NCBI GenBank assembly: GCA_977016875.1 | Contig: CDRNST010000130.1 | Coordinates: 558,001-622,000 of the forward strand | Direction of reading: 5' to 3' | Source: Pavona decussata | Lineage: Eukaryota | Length of the DNA stretch: 64,000 nt | Part shown: positions 1 to 10,698 of the stretch, one piece after another | Layout: every line of letters starts with the position of its first letter | Numbering within the stretch: the first letter of the stretch is position 1 | Made by a program: the position numbers and the translations under genes | Notes under the pieces: model-generated | Database searches by the model: none | Told to the model about the DNA's origin: nothing | The model's input: the letters and a program-made list of their open reading frames with translations, nothing else

Positions 1-15
1 AGTTTATGTGCAGCA
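1..15 (+). CDS. NCDN: 3' end of the penultimate neurochondrin exon (partial)
   Basis: GTAAGT donor at 16-21. Splicing to the AG at 281-282 gives an open frame (..F-M-C-S-K|Y-L-L-D..) into the 283-1124 exon. Confidence 0.65.
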
Positions 16-282
16 GTAAGTGCTTTCTCCTCTTTTACGTGAAACACTTCGTGTAAAGATTACATACATTGTGTAGATTTTACATGCAATTATTAACATA
101 CTAGTGTGTTGCTCTCACATAACCAGCACACAATTTGTGCCCAGTATGGCACATTTACATGGTGGTGTGTGTGTGTTATGCTGCTATTCCTGTGGCCAGT
201 TCTGTACTTTGGTAGTCACAAATGCTGTCAATTGAAAAGGTATTTGGTATTGAATAGGATTGTTCTATGCTTTATTCCACAG

Positions 283-1124
283 AATATTTGTTGGATGCCA
301 GGACTAGGAAAAGAGACACAACAGATTCAGGTACAGCCAGTCATGTAAGTACAGTAGATTTAAATAATATCATAGGAGAAATGTCACCAAGTAAAGTAGA
401 CATAATGAGATTTCTATTACCGCCTTTGTGTCATCTGTCTGCTGATGAAAAGATGCGTAAGATCTTGATTGACAACCAAGGACTGGCACTTCTGTCAAAG
501 TACTTTTTTCAGCAATGGAAAGTCTGGAATGGTTCAGCAAAAAATGATGTAGAACTTTGCGAGTCTGAAACATGCCTTGTTACCTTGCTAGGCATTTTTT
601 TGAACTTTGTTGTGACAGAAGATAAACTCACAGTCAGCAGCGAGTTTCGAGAAATTGGCTGGCATGCTGTGACCTCTGTTCCACTGTTGTTCTCGTCAAA
701 GACGAATGTGGTGATTCAATTTAACCTTGTGTTACTTGGACTTCTTTTTCTGAGAAGCCATGTCAAACACAACATAACTTTCAACACTGAAGAATTATCC
801 AAGTTCTTGAAGACCTCTATTTGCATCTTGAAAGAAGCAAGACCTGTTCATGAAGGCCAGTGCATTGAGCACAGCACAACTCAGATGGCTGCCAGATGTA
901 AAGAAGTGTGGACAGACATAGCAGAACTATGGTTTCTTGGTTTGCAGGTAGTATCAGTCTTGTCCAGCTCATTGCCTGTCATGAGAGAACTTCTCAAAGA
1001 AAGTGGGTGGATAGAGGGAATTGTAACCCATTTAAACACCAACAGCTTCAACCAAGAACTTTCTAAGGATGAAAAGGACGCACTTCTTGATTTGGCAAGA
1101 AAAGTAAATGATATGAAGTGCTAA
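283..1124 (+). CDS. NCDN: Neurochondrin, terminal coding exon
   Basis: DIMRFLLPPLCHLS..LLSKYFFQQW, IFLNFVVT and VWTDIAELWFLGLQ match the neurochondrin C-terminus as I recall it (DALRLLLPGWCHLT..LLCKYFLQQW, IFLNLVVT, IWADLQELWFLGMQ). Pyrimidine tract plus CAG acceptor ends at 282, so the ORF-track ATG at 267 is intronic. Confidence 0.9.
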
Positions 1125-1155
1125 ACATTTTGTGCTGCTATAAGAACAAAGAAGG

Positions 1156-1161
1156 AATAAA
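1156..1161 (+). terminator. Candidate polyadenylation signal of NCDN
   Basis: AATAAA about 30 nt after the stop codon, followed by T/GT-rich sequence. Confidence 0.45.
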
Positions 1162-1405
1162 TTTATTCATTTGGCTTTGTTAGAGTTAATTTTTGTCTTC
1201 ATGTGACAGTCTGTTTTGTCTTCTGTTCATTTCATGATCTGCCGAAGTAGAGAATTAGAGAAAAAAGACAGTCATAAACATCACATTGAGACATCAAGGG
1301 CACACAGAACTTAGGTCCAACAGTTTAATCGAATATGGAACCAAAGCATATATCTTAGAAAGTACTTGTGTTTATGACAAACTAAAGAAGTGAAACGATT
1401 AGTTA

Positions 1406-1643
1406 CAGTGCAACGCACCTTACCGTGGCCACCCAACAACGTTAACCAAGTTAGCCAATCAGGATATCTTCCTCCTTGTTCATAAAAATAATACAAAACA
1501 ACATGTTTTTAATAATTCATTGTTGCGTCACTTGCCTGTTGGACTTTGCAAGGAGGCGTGACCGTTCATCAAATTCGCGTATCCTGGTTGGCTAACTTGT
1601 AAAAAAAGTTTGTTGGGTGGCCACGGAAAAGCTCATCACACTA
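1406..1643. mobile_element. Tc1/mariner-type MITE (~238 bp, TA target duplication)
   Basis: Long imperfect TIRs (ccgtggccacccaacaa..caagttagccaatcaggata / tatcctggttggctaacttg..ttgttgggtggccacgg) with TA on both sides. The paralogous repeat at ~19385 shows the empty site (agtTAatc). Confidence 0.8.
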
Positions 1644-1896
1644 TAATTATCATTAAAACATCTAACAGGATGTTAAATTGTGTGCTCTTTGAACATAATT
1701 GGATGAACCGGAATTTAGCTTTTACAACATTAATAACTTTCAAAAGAATACGGGTGGATAACAGTTTAACAAAAGCCTAGCGCAGGTTACAATCGCACTT
1801 GAATGCATAATTACAGTTATGATCTTATTAAACAATGGCATGAAACAGTGACAGTTACTGGATCTGGAAACTCCAAGTGAATGTTGCCTTTTTTAA

Positions 1897-3012
1897 CCCT
1901 TTGACTCCTGTCGTGCTTCCATGGTTTTTGCATAAATTACCTTTTCCTAGAGCGGTTTTACTCGTTAAAATGCGCAGTAGATAAATAAATATTCTTGGCT
2001 TCCAAAATTAACTGTATATTAAACTGGAATGATTAAACAAATGTTTTCCAACGTAAAATAATATGTTTACAGATTAATCATTTGCCGAAAAACACACTTG
2101 AGTGCAAAAATTGCTAAAATTCATGGCATGTTGATGAAGACCTTTGGCATATCAAATTTCAACCCGGTTATGCAAATTGTCCTTGATTACGCATCTGTCG
2201 CTTCTCAAACGAGTATATGAATTGACAAAGACACAAAAATCAACAAAAAGCTTTTCCAACAAAACTTTTTATTGAAATAAACAATATATTTGCTATTAGA
2301 GACAAAAAACTTTCAGTTTTTTTGCGTGCGTGCAAACACGCATGTAAAATTTGAAGACACTCCGTGTTTGTTCAAGGCGATCACTCGCAGTAAATTCGGG
2401 CACATTTGTGATGAAAATTACAGAAGTTACAGAATTCTGGTTCAAATCATCACTTAAGCTATTTGTAAAAAGCAAATCAACATCGGGAAACATCATTTAC
2501 CGTGTTGTCACCATTGTCCTGGTCTTATAAACTCCGTTTGAAGCCTGCGGTTCGGTTTTAACTTTTGAGGCATATTTCGGTAGCGGCGTGGGAATTGAAG
2601 AGATCACAACGCGAAACGGCTTTTCGTTGTTTTTTAACGCCTCCAAGTTCTCTTTTTTGACGGTAGTCTATTGTTCACGGTTATTCCTTTCCATTGTGAG
2701 CTTAAAAAAGATGTACTTGCTTTAAAAGATGAAAAAAACATGTCTTGAAACTTCAGGACCGATTTATGCGCGGCACCATTTTGTAATTTTGCTCAGCTCC
2801 ATGCGGTAGGTTCAGAAGGATCCTTTCCCCTGCCCTGAAAATGCCTTAAAATATGCACAAAAGACAGATTCTGATTGGTTTATCATTCTACTAGCTGTTG
2901 TGACCTTTTCAGGACGAAAAAAACCCCAGGAGGGGAGGGAGAATGTATAGAGTTTCACGCGCAGAGCATGCGCGAGGGACGGCCAGTTTTGGCCGGTGTA
3001 GGAGTCAATGGG
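1897..3012. mobile_element. Non-autonomous piggyBac element (1116 bp)
   Basis: TTAA|CCCTTTGACTCCT ... AGGAGTCAATGGG|TTAA. The flanks rejoin to match uninterrupted paralogues at ~8985-9050 and ~19830-19890. Confidence 0.88.
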
Positions 3013-4211
3013 TTAATACTTTTATCACTTTTATCAGCAATGCAAATAAACTTCTTATTCCTTATTTTTTCCCTCACATTCCTCTGACCTTAGCTTAAAA
3101 CACACCTGGGTCAAACAAAAAAAAAATCATAAAATAAAGTAAGTAAATAAATAAAACAAGTAAGCAATGCGAAGTAAAACTGAAGAATCCTAGTTTTGGA
3201 AATTAATATGATACAATAATTATGTTTCAACCCTGGCTTGGTTTTTGTTTTTATTATTATCATGCTATGCAGCAAAAAAGTATAAAATATGTTGTAGTTT
3301 CAAATGAATTTCAGGTTAAATTGATTTCAGCCTAGGCTGATAACAATAACGATACTTTATTTAACATGGGATTTACACTTAACTTAATCAGCTAGTTTAC
3401 AGGTAATCCACAAATGAAATTGTTGTAACCTAGGTTGAAATAGAAAATAGTACAAAAGTGATGGGAAATGATGGGAAAGACACACATGCACACAGGAGAC
3501 ACAGACACACACAGACACACATGCAGTGGGCTTGAACTCTTTCAGGATCTTACTATAACCAACCCAGTTAAAAGAAATAATGCACTTGTTGTTGGAAAAT
3601 GAATCGTTCCATAGCAACACAGATGCCTGGACTGGAAAATCCCAACATGTCATATCAAACATGAAGAAACAAACACAAAATGTTGAAAACAACTCTTTAA
3701 CACACTTTTTTGAACAATGACAATCTGGGGAAAAAAGTCAGTGGCTGCAGATGTTACTAGGATCTGTCACATCAGTCTAAAGCTTCTTGAGACACAGGAA
3801 ACAGACGTTGCTTGCGTTCAACAGTCGAGTTTACTTCTAGAACATAACCAAGGAAGATTTCACAAAGCACTTGTATTTATGACAAACTACAGAAAGGACG
3901 TGACAAATCAAATAAAACGGTAGATACATAGTAAAGATAGATAGTAAAGCTTTATTGACAGTATCACTTCATTAAAAATGCTCTTCCAGTGGGCTTTTTA
4001 CATAACTAATTACAGAAGTATGATGTCAAAGTTATAACAACATGATCCTAGACAGCAAATACTAAAAGATACTATTCTACAGTTAATTGCACAAAAAGTA
4101 ACCTACATTGTAAGCCGTAGCTAAATAAGTACTATCACACACTCCCTCAGTCCGCCTCAGTTCCAGACAAAGTCAGAGCGCCCTTGAAAGAGCGCCATAT
4201 TCACAGTAATA

Positions 4212-4544
4212 TTTGGAAAATTTAAAGACCAAGCTTCTTGGATACCGATGACAGAATTCCTTGGTTTAAGATCAAAGAGGTACAGCTGTAAAACAAAATT
4301 TACAATTTTAAAACTGCAAAAGGAATTAAATAAAGGGTATAATTATAAAAACAGCATCAAATAAACCATGAAAACTATCAGGATCCCTTAATTTACCACA
4401 AGCAACTGTTTAATCAAATGAATACAATCCAAAGAGAAAAACATAAACTCAAGTAGTTGTACACTAAGTAAGGTTCCATTGTCTTGCTTTGATGATGAGC
4501 AATTCATAATAGATGATGGAATATTAAGTCTGGCTTATGGTCAC
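4212..4544 (+). pseudogene. Polinton/adintovirus protein-primed DNA polymerase B, C-terminal relic
   Basis: Frameshifted translation FGKFKD..MTEFLGLRSKRYS..KTAKGIK..MNTIQREKHKL..KVPLSCFDDEQFIIDDGILSLAYGH matches the GKFKDE / GLRSKMY / KAKG / LSxFDDKR..AYGH tail of pPolB. Confidence 0.85.
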
Positions 4545-4569
4545 AGTCTTCTAAATATTCAGAAACTTT

Positions 4570-5270
4570 TTTCACTAAACTTTTCTACAAAAACCACTGA
4601 AGAATTTGATCAAGTTCTTCTTCTTCCATTTCTTGGCGTTTAGCTGATAGTATTTTCAATTTCATACTCCTCTTCTTAAATGTATTATGCATTCATCATC
4701 ATAAATTCTCCGCACGCCAGTGGGCACATAAGGCCCACACATTCTTTGACCAACACTCTGTTCCGTGCCGCGGCCTTGGCTACATTCCAACTCTTCCACC
4801 CTGCCTTGTTTCTCTCCCCCTCAACAGTCCTTCTCCAAGTTGTATTTGGTCTCCCTCTCGCCCTTCGTCGTTCTGGAGTCCACCCCAATGCTGTAAAACA
4901 GTCATTTTCACCCTCTCTCCTGAGTACATGTCCTATCCAGAACAACAACCAAAGAATTTGATTAAGTCCTTCTTCCATTTCTTGGTATTTTCAATTTCAT
5001 ACTCCTCATAAATGTATTATGCATTGCTGTTCTTTTAACTTTTTCCTTTCTTTCACACTTTTCTAAAACTTGTTTTTTATTCCTAATTTGTTTTTCTCTT
5101 AGTTTCCTTTCAATGGCAATAATTCATTGACAAAGGGTGAACAAATCTTGATCTAATTCCATGCAATTAGAAACTTCATACACCTTGCATGATGTAATAT
5201 CATCAACAAAGACTTCTGAGGGAGACAGTGAATTGAAAGTCTCGGTCTCCAATGATAGAAACATATTGAG
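4570..5270 (-). pseudogene. Polinton accessory coiled-coil ORF relic, convergent with pPolB
   Basis: GDRDFQFTV..FVDDITSCKV..IIAIERKLREK resembles GDQNFQLTF..LVDGISTCDV..MLNLEKRQR at 23801-24193, and both sit in the same position after pPolB. Confidence 0.55.
4694..4945 (-). mobile_element. RTE-clade LINE, 5'-truncated 3' end
   Basis: WIGHVLRR..ALGWTPE.RR.RGRP..TWRRTVE is the characteristic RTE RT C-terminus; short (ATG)n tail at ~4694. Confidence 0.85.
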
Positions 5271-5414
5271 CCAAACCCTCTGTCATACTTGACTCACAAT
5301 TTTATTATCAATTTGGTTTTGGAGAGTAGAGATTGACTTTCAAGTGATGATAAATTTCTTTACAAAACTTTGTGAGAAAAGTTTACTTTAAAATTTACAC
5401 ATGAGCTTTATAAT

Positions 5415-5850
5415 GTATGCACTTGATACTCTATGGATCCAGCTGTGATGATAGGTTTTTCCTGCTTGAGCGCACAACAGGACAATTAAGACTTCAACAG
5501 ACTTTCTGGGCATGAGTAAAGAAGATTGTTGTTGTTGTTCGGCCACTTGACAATTTTGTGGGGAAAAATTAGCTTGAGAGCACTCACTCGCTTACAGGAC
5601 AGAGCTCGTCACAACTCCTAGGTACACAGGATCTAGCCAACTGGAATTCTTCAAAAACAGCAGAAAATACACAGACCTCACTCCAGCATAGGTTTATTCA
5701 GTAGTGCGATATTAACCGATTTATGATTGTAAGCCTTGTGCTTATATAGCTAAAGATTACAAAAAGTAAAGTACTTTTTGGTTTACATGGCTTGATGGTG
5801 CAATATCAGCGTAATATCAGAAGCCCAAAACAGAAAATGTTACAAAGTCA
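5415..5850 (-). repeat. Orphan module duplicated at 20340-20740
   Basis: Near-colinear match starting cacttgatactctatggatccagctgtg. Confidence 0.8.
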
Positions 5851-6334
5851 GTGCAATGAGTAATCCAAAAAAAGAAAATAGAACGTTGGTGGTGTAGAGT
5901 TTGCAAGTTTTGAAAAGAAAATAGATGCAATGCGTGAAAGAAACAAGCAAATAACGCGTGGCATGTCCGTAATCCAGTCTCTGCGAGCCAATGGGCTAAA
6001 ATTATAGTAGGCTGTGCGGTGGATGGATGGACTAAGCTGTCCAAAATGACTTGTGCAGGGGGACAGCCAAGGTGGCTGCAGGACGGCATTCTGTATCAAA
6101 CTCTGGAAGAAGTTGGCCTTGGCAACTCGCTTTGTGTAAAGGATAAAAGACGCAGGTGCCGCAAGACCTGTTCTAACTCATCCACAATGGCTTCCTAGAG
6201 AAAGTTCAGGATAAGCTGCACAGCATAATCTTGCGGTAACCAACGCCATCCAGTGGCAAACCATGGTATTGGCTCTAGAACTGATATATACACATAGCTG
6301 TGTAAGACCCACGGAGCAAGTGGGGGTTCAAAGT

Positions 6335-6785
6335 TCCAATACCAACAAAAGGTATAAATATTTATTGTCCCCATAGCAAAGTCAGTCATAAGTGTGATCC
6401 CATGGTTGCTGCATGATATAATGTAGTATCTAGCCACAGGGCTGGGCTAGGGCCAGGCTTTTGACTATGAGTGAAGAATTACATTTTTAATTTTGTCGAC
6501 CACCAAGGACTTCATCATTGATGGGTTATCAACACCAAAGTGCTCTATCTCTTCGATGGACTCTACCTAACTTACGAAAAGCAATTCAAAGAAACTGAGA
6601 AGGCTTTTACTTCTCTCATCGTATTCAAGATGCAGTCATCATCTTGGGAAGTGAATCTCAAAATCACATCTTGTAAATTGGCTCATCCCTTTTACTTTCC
6701 ATCAAACGGGACCCTTTTCCTGCCAGCAGTTGAGTCACATGCATTGTTTTGTGTGATAGGTGTTGGCCTGGGCAAGACTGCAAGA
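6335..6785 (-). repeat. Orphan ORF relic duplicated at 18720-19200 (..ALWLDTTLY.AATMGSHL)
   Basis: Near-colinear match to 18720-19200; related ALWLNATLYKA also at ~20250. Confidence 0.8.
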
Positions 6786-6800
6786 CCCTAACCCTAACCC

Positions 6801-8335
6801 AAGGCGGGTGCGGGTCCTTATTGTAATTAATGTGGTAAGATAGTCTCTGCAATCGCAGACTTCACTGATCGTTAAGGATTCGCCATTCGCTGCCCTCTCG
6901 TACAATTTTTTCGTCGCTTTGACAACCTCCGTCTTCACTTGTCAACCGAGTGTCCCACTCCTTCAGTATGTCATTCGTCCGTTGTGTTTTCTCTTCTGTG
7001 TCCACCGTCTTACGCCAGCCCTTCAGCCGAGGTAAATTGTTCCTGAAAATTCTGAGGGTATCCTCAGAAAGTTCAGGCACTTGACCTCGGCGAACTCATT
7101 CTGTTGTAACGATGGTCAGGAAGAGCTCATACGAGCCCAGATATGAACGGATTGTGCCCCCCTTCAAGGTCTCCATTTTGGGGTCGACAAAATCTGTCCA
7201 CACCACGTAACCCTCGTCCTGTGAGAGGACCTGGATGTCCCTCCCCCTCGGCTCAAGTTCTTCTAGGATGGTCCGCACCTGCAAAGCGTGCTGCTGCTGG
7301 TTTCTGGACTTCTTCCGACCACAATCCGGTAGGTTGATGTACTTGAAGAACTCCAGTAACCACCAGTGTCTGTCATTTGCAGGTTTTGCAGCAGAAAAAA
7401 AGTCTTGTACGCTCTCAGGATCGCACGAATATTCGGCAGAAGATTCCTCACTGTTTGCGTCGGCCTCCGCGAGGGGTGTATATTCATCTGCATAGGAATC
7501 ACCCTTGCGATGATCCGTGGAGAGATCCTTCTCACGGGGTTCGCGATGATGGGTGCCGGCCCCGGAGGATGTAGATGCGTGGTCGGGGGATTCCAAAGCA
7601 GATGAGGCGGGTGCGGCTGTGGCTGTGGAGGTGGTGGTTGATGAGGTGGTGGTGGTGGATGAGGTGTTGATCCTCCCGTGTCTTCGAATGTACGACGACA
7701 CTTCATCCACCTCCTGCTGCCCTCTGTAGCGTTCGGCCACGCGCAGGTAATTCTCCAGAAGGGCTCCCTGTTTGACGCGGTGCTTGTGGGTTAGGTGGCT
7801 TCGCAGCTGATGCGTCATGAATTCACAGTCAGGGTAGGGACACCACTTCATGGGAAGCCCTTTCTTGACCGTTTCCTGAGTCTTTCGGCTCTGCCCTCTC
7901 CTCTTGCCCCTCTTCCTAGTGACACTCAGGATGGTGTCAACGACGTCAGGCGCGATCAAACCCTTCCGGGCATGGCTCTGCAAGTGTCTTCGTAGATTGC
8001 CCTCCACCTTGTTACCGACCGGGCACACCACTTTAGAGTAGTGCGACCGTTTTCCTCCGTCAATCCCACTAGATGTGGTGGTCTCAGAGGTGGTGGTGAC
8101 GTCGGCTAGCCTTGCCTTCTTGGCGGGTGGCTGTGGGGTTTGGGTTAGGGTTAGTTTTCTTGGCGGCTGGCTTAAATTTCTTCTTTTCTTTTTTTGTTTG
8201 CTTTTTTGGGTTGCTTCAAAGATGAGGCAGGTTTAGAGGTGGGCTCATCTTCCATAGGCTCCGAGTCTTCAGACAATTCCGAAGTCTCGCTTTCTTCCTC
8301 GAGTTGATAGGAAGGGTCACCCACCTCCTCCTCCG
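6801..8335 (-). pseudogene. Zn-finger plus tyrosine-recombinase N-terminal half (truncated)
   Basis: ORFs 7096-8031, 6862-7080 and 6735-6938 join across a stop and a frameshift. C2H2-like motifs (CPYPDC..HLTHKH), a core-binding-like GTIRSYLGSYELFL segment, and RDYLTTLITIRT.TR.G, the helix leading to the first catalytic Arg of YRs. Confidence 0.65.
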
Positions 8336-8339
8336 GGAA

Positions 8340-9235
8340 CACAGACAGACGGGGAAACGTTTCAAAAACACTTCGGTAAAGGCCTTTCTCCTGGGGAACA
8401 CTCGCTGGCTGCGGAAGACTTCAACAGCATGCAGAACTTAGGTCCTACAGTCGAGTTTTAATCCACTACGTAACTGAGAACGTAACTAAAGAATATTTTA
8501 CAATGCACTTGTATTTATGACAAAACTACAGAAGGGAAGCGATTACTTAATCATCATTAAAAGGTCTTACACAACAATATCTTATGCAGTCTTTAAAACA
8601 TAATTTGAGCAAACAGAAGTTAGCATGTACAACATTAATAACCTTCAAAAGAATACAGGTGGATAAGAGTTAAACAAAAGGGTAGTAATAATAATAATAA
8701 CATTTATAACTTATATTACGCATTTTCTATAAAAATAGTCAAAAGCGCATTACAATTAATACAATATCTACAAATAATTACAATAAACCTACACTGTACG
8801 AACTAATCTATAGAATTCAAATCCTAAAATAATAAATTTATTCATCCACATCAGGTGTATCCTGATTCATTAATATTCTTATATAATTAAAATTGTACTT
8901 AAAAGTGTTACAACAACACTTGAATGCTTAATTTCAGTTATGATGTAATTGAACAACAGTAGATACTAGCCACGGCTATTGAACTGGAAACTCTAAGTAA
9001 ATGTTGGCTCTTCAATATTTTTATCAGTGATGCAAATAAACTTCTTTCTCCTGATTTCTTCCCTTACATTCCTTTGACCTTAGGTTGAAACCCTCCTGGG
9101 TCGAGCAAAGAAAATAAGGGAAAACAGCGATGCAAAATAAAACCAAAGAACCCTAATTTCTGAAATGAAATTTGCAGTAATTATTTTTGTTTACTTGCCT
9201 GGTTTTTGTTTCTATTATTATGATTTTGTTATTGT
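8340..9235 (-). repeat. Orphan module R1 copy carrying a ~220-bp LINE-tail insert (8685-8905)
   Basis: Colinear with 19230-20060, including the (AAT)n-headed insert that is absent from the 1.7, 10.5 and 48.7 kb copies. Confidence 0.8.
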
Positions 9236-9579
9236 GCAATATCAGCGTAACATCACAAGCCCATCATGTGCCCTTGGTTATTACAAGTTCCTTATTAGGA
9301 GAGTACTTTTCTTTTCTGGATACTGTGCATCTGCTTCTTTTCTCCCCCTTCCACGTGTTGCAGCCAGAGGAAGTAAAAATGCAGACATTTGCCTCATGGG
9401 CTTCCTCCTCTCTGAGCACTCTCTGTAATAATCATCCCACCCATCGTTGTCCTCGTTTTCCTCTGTTTCGTTAACCAGAACATGGAGAGCATGATCACAA
9501 TCGGTGTTAATCTTCTCCATCATTTTGTCCATGCGCTAATGAAGCAAAACAAATTACTACAAATTCGTGAAGACTGTTC

Positions 9580-10170
9580 CTATTTGGGATACTGGAACTG
9601 GTTCAGTGGTGGGCCATGAGATCATTGGCCATTCCATGCCTTTTGTAAACTCGTCTGATTCAACTTTCCTAGGCTTAGATACAAATTGATTTATGGTTGC
9701 TTCGAGTTGCGCTTGCTTGTTCACTTTGTGGAATCATAGTTACCGTATGTTTCACCACCAACAAATAATTGGTTGCAAGTGAAACGGACAGTAGCTACAT
9801 TATGGTTTTTGAGGTGGGCCTTGGTCATCTATGTGTTCTGTTTCAGAAAACTCAACATTTCTCAAATTGGGCAGCTTGTCATCTTCCAGTAAATGCTTTA
9901 TGGAAGCACCATCAGTAACAACATCATGGTAGGTGGGATTGCTGTCCTTCATCAAGCAAAGAGCTCTCCCAACGTGGTGACTTCTTACCCTGAAGTATTC
10001 ATTGGTGTCATCTTTTCCCTGTCTTCTCACACAAGGTATCCACCTCTTGCTGGTTCTTACACAGCCTGAGGGAATGCAATGCAATGTCCCCTTGAAGCAA
10101 TACCACCAAGCCACAACCTGTGTACATGCACAGTGGGTGGCAGTGTGGCTATCAACATCTGCTGTGAAAA
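9580..10170 (-). pseudogene. Helitron Rep/helicase N-terminal (DUF6570-like) relic, copy 1
   Basis: GGIASRGHCIAFPQ..VRRQGKDDT..FRVR..ALCLMKDSNPTY.DVV.D..LEDDKLPNLR..DQGP and ISWPTT, typical of the region preceding Helitron Rep. Confidence 0.75.
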
Positions 10171-10698
10171 CAGGATTTGCCTTCACATAACGGGAACGAC
10201 GACAGACGGAGAAACTCTTTAAAAACACTTGGTAAAGGCCTTTCTCCTGGGCAACACTCGCTGGCTGTGGAAGGACCGAGATCTCTTACGGCAAACAAAT
10301 TTCTGTAAGACAGTGAAACCACACAGAACTAGGCTCCAACGTAGGGTTTAATACCAAAACTATTACCAAAGAAAATCTTACAAAGCACTTGTCTTGATGT
10401 GTAAAGCTAGAAAAGCATTCGAATTACATCATTTGCCAACGAGTCAGATCACAGCATACAACAATCATTTCTGAAACTCTCTTGGACGAAATCTAAGCTT
10501 ATTCTGAAACATTAATTACTTTCAAAAGCTACACAGGTAGATATCAGTTTAACAAAAGGCTAGCGCAGGTTACAATAATACTTTAGTGCTCAATTACAGT
10601 TATGATCTCATAGAAACCGTTTAGGCCTAAATGAATACAACAGGTTATGTTTATGGTTTACAGAACTTGACACTAACGAACTTCATATTTTCTTCCTT

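Larger units (their letters stand above)
1300..3330 (-). repeat. Dispersed orphan module R1, copy 1 (interrupted by two DNA elements)
   Basis: Shares aagcacttgtatttatgacaaaact, acattaataactttcaaaag and cttagct..aaaccctcctgggtc motifs with 3800-3905, 8340-9235, 10195-10850, 19230-20170 and 48395-49190. Confidence 0.75.

Noticed and set aside
106-573. Short ORFs 106-348 (+) and 370-573 (-)
   Set aside because: Intronic, out-of-frame or antisense to the neurochondrin exon, with no recognisable motifs.
8142-8154. Second telomere-healing site
   Set aside because: Lies within a continuous low-complexity coding stretch of the YR relic, not at a visible junction.
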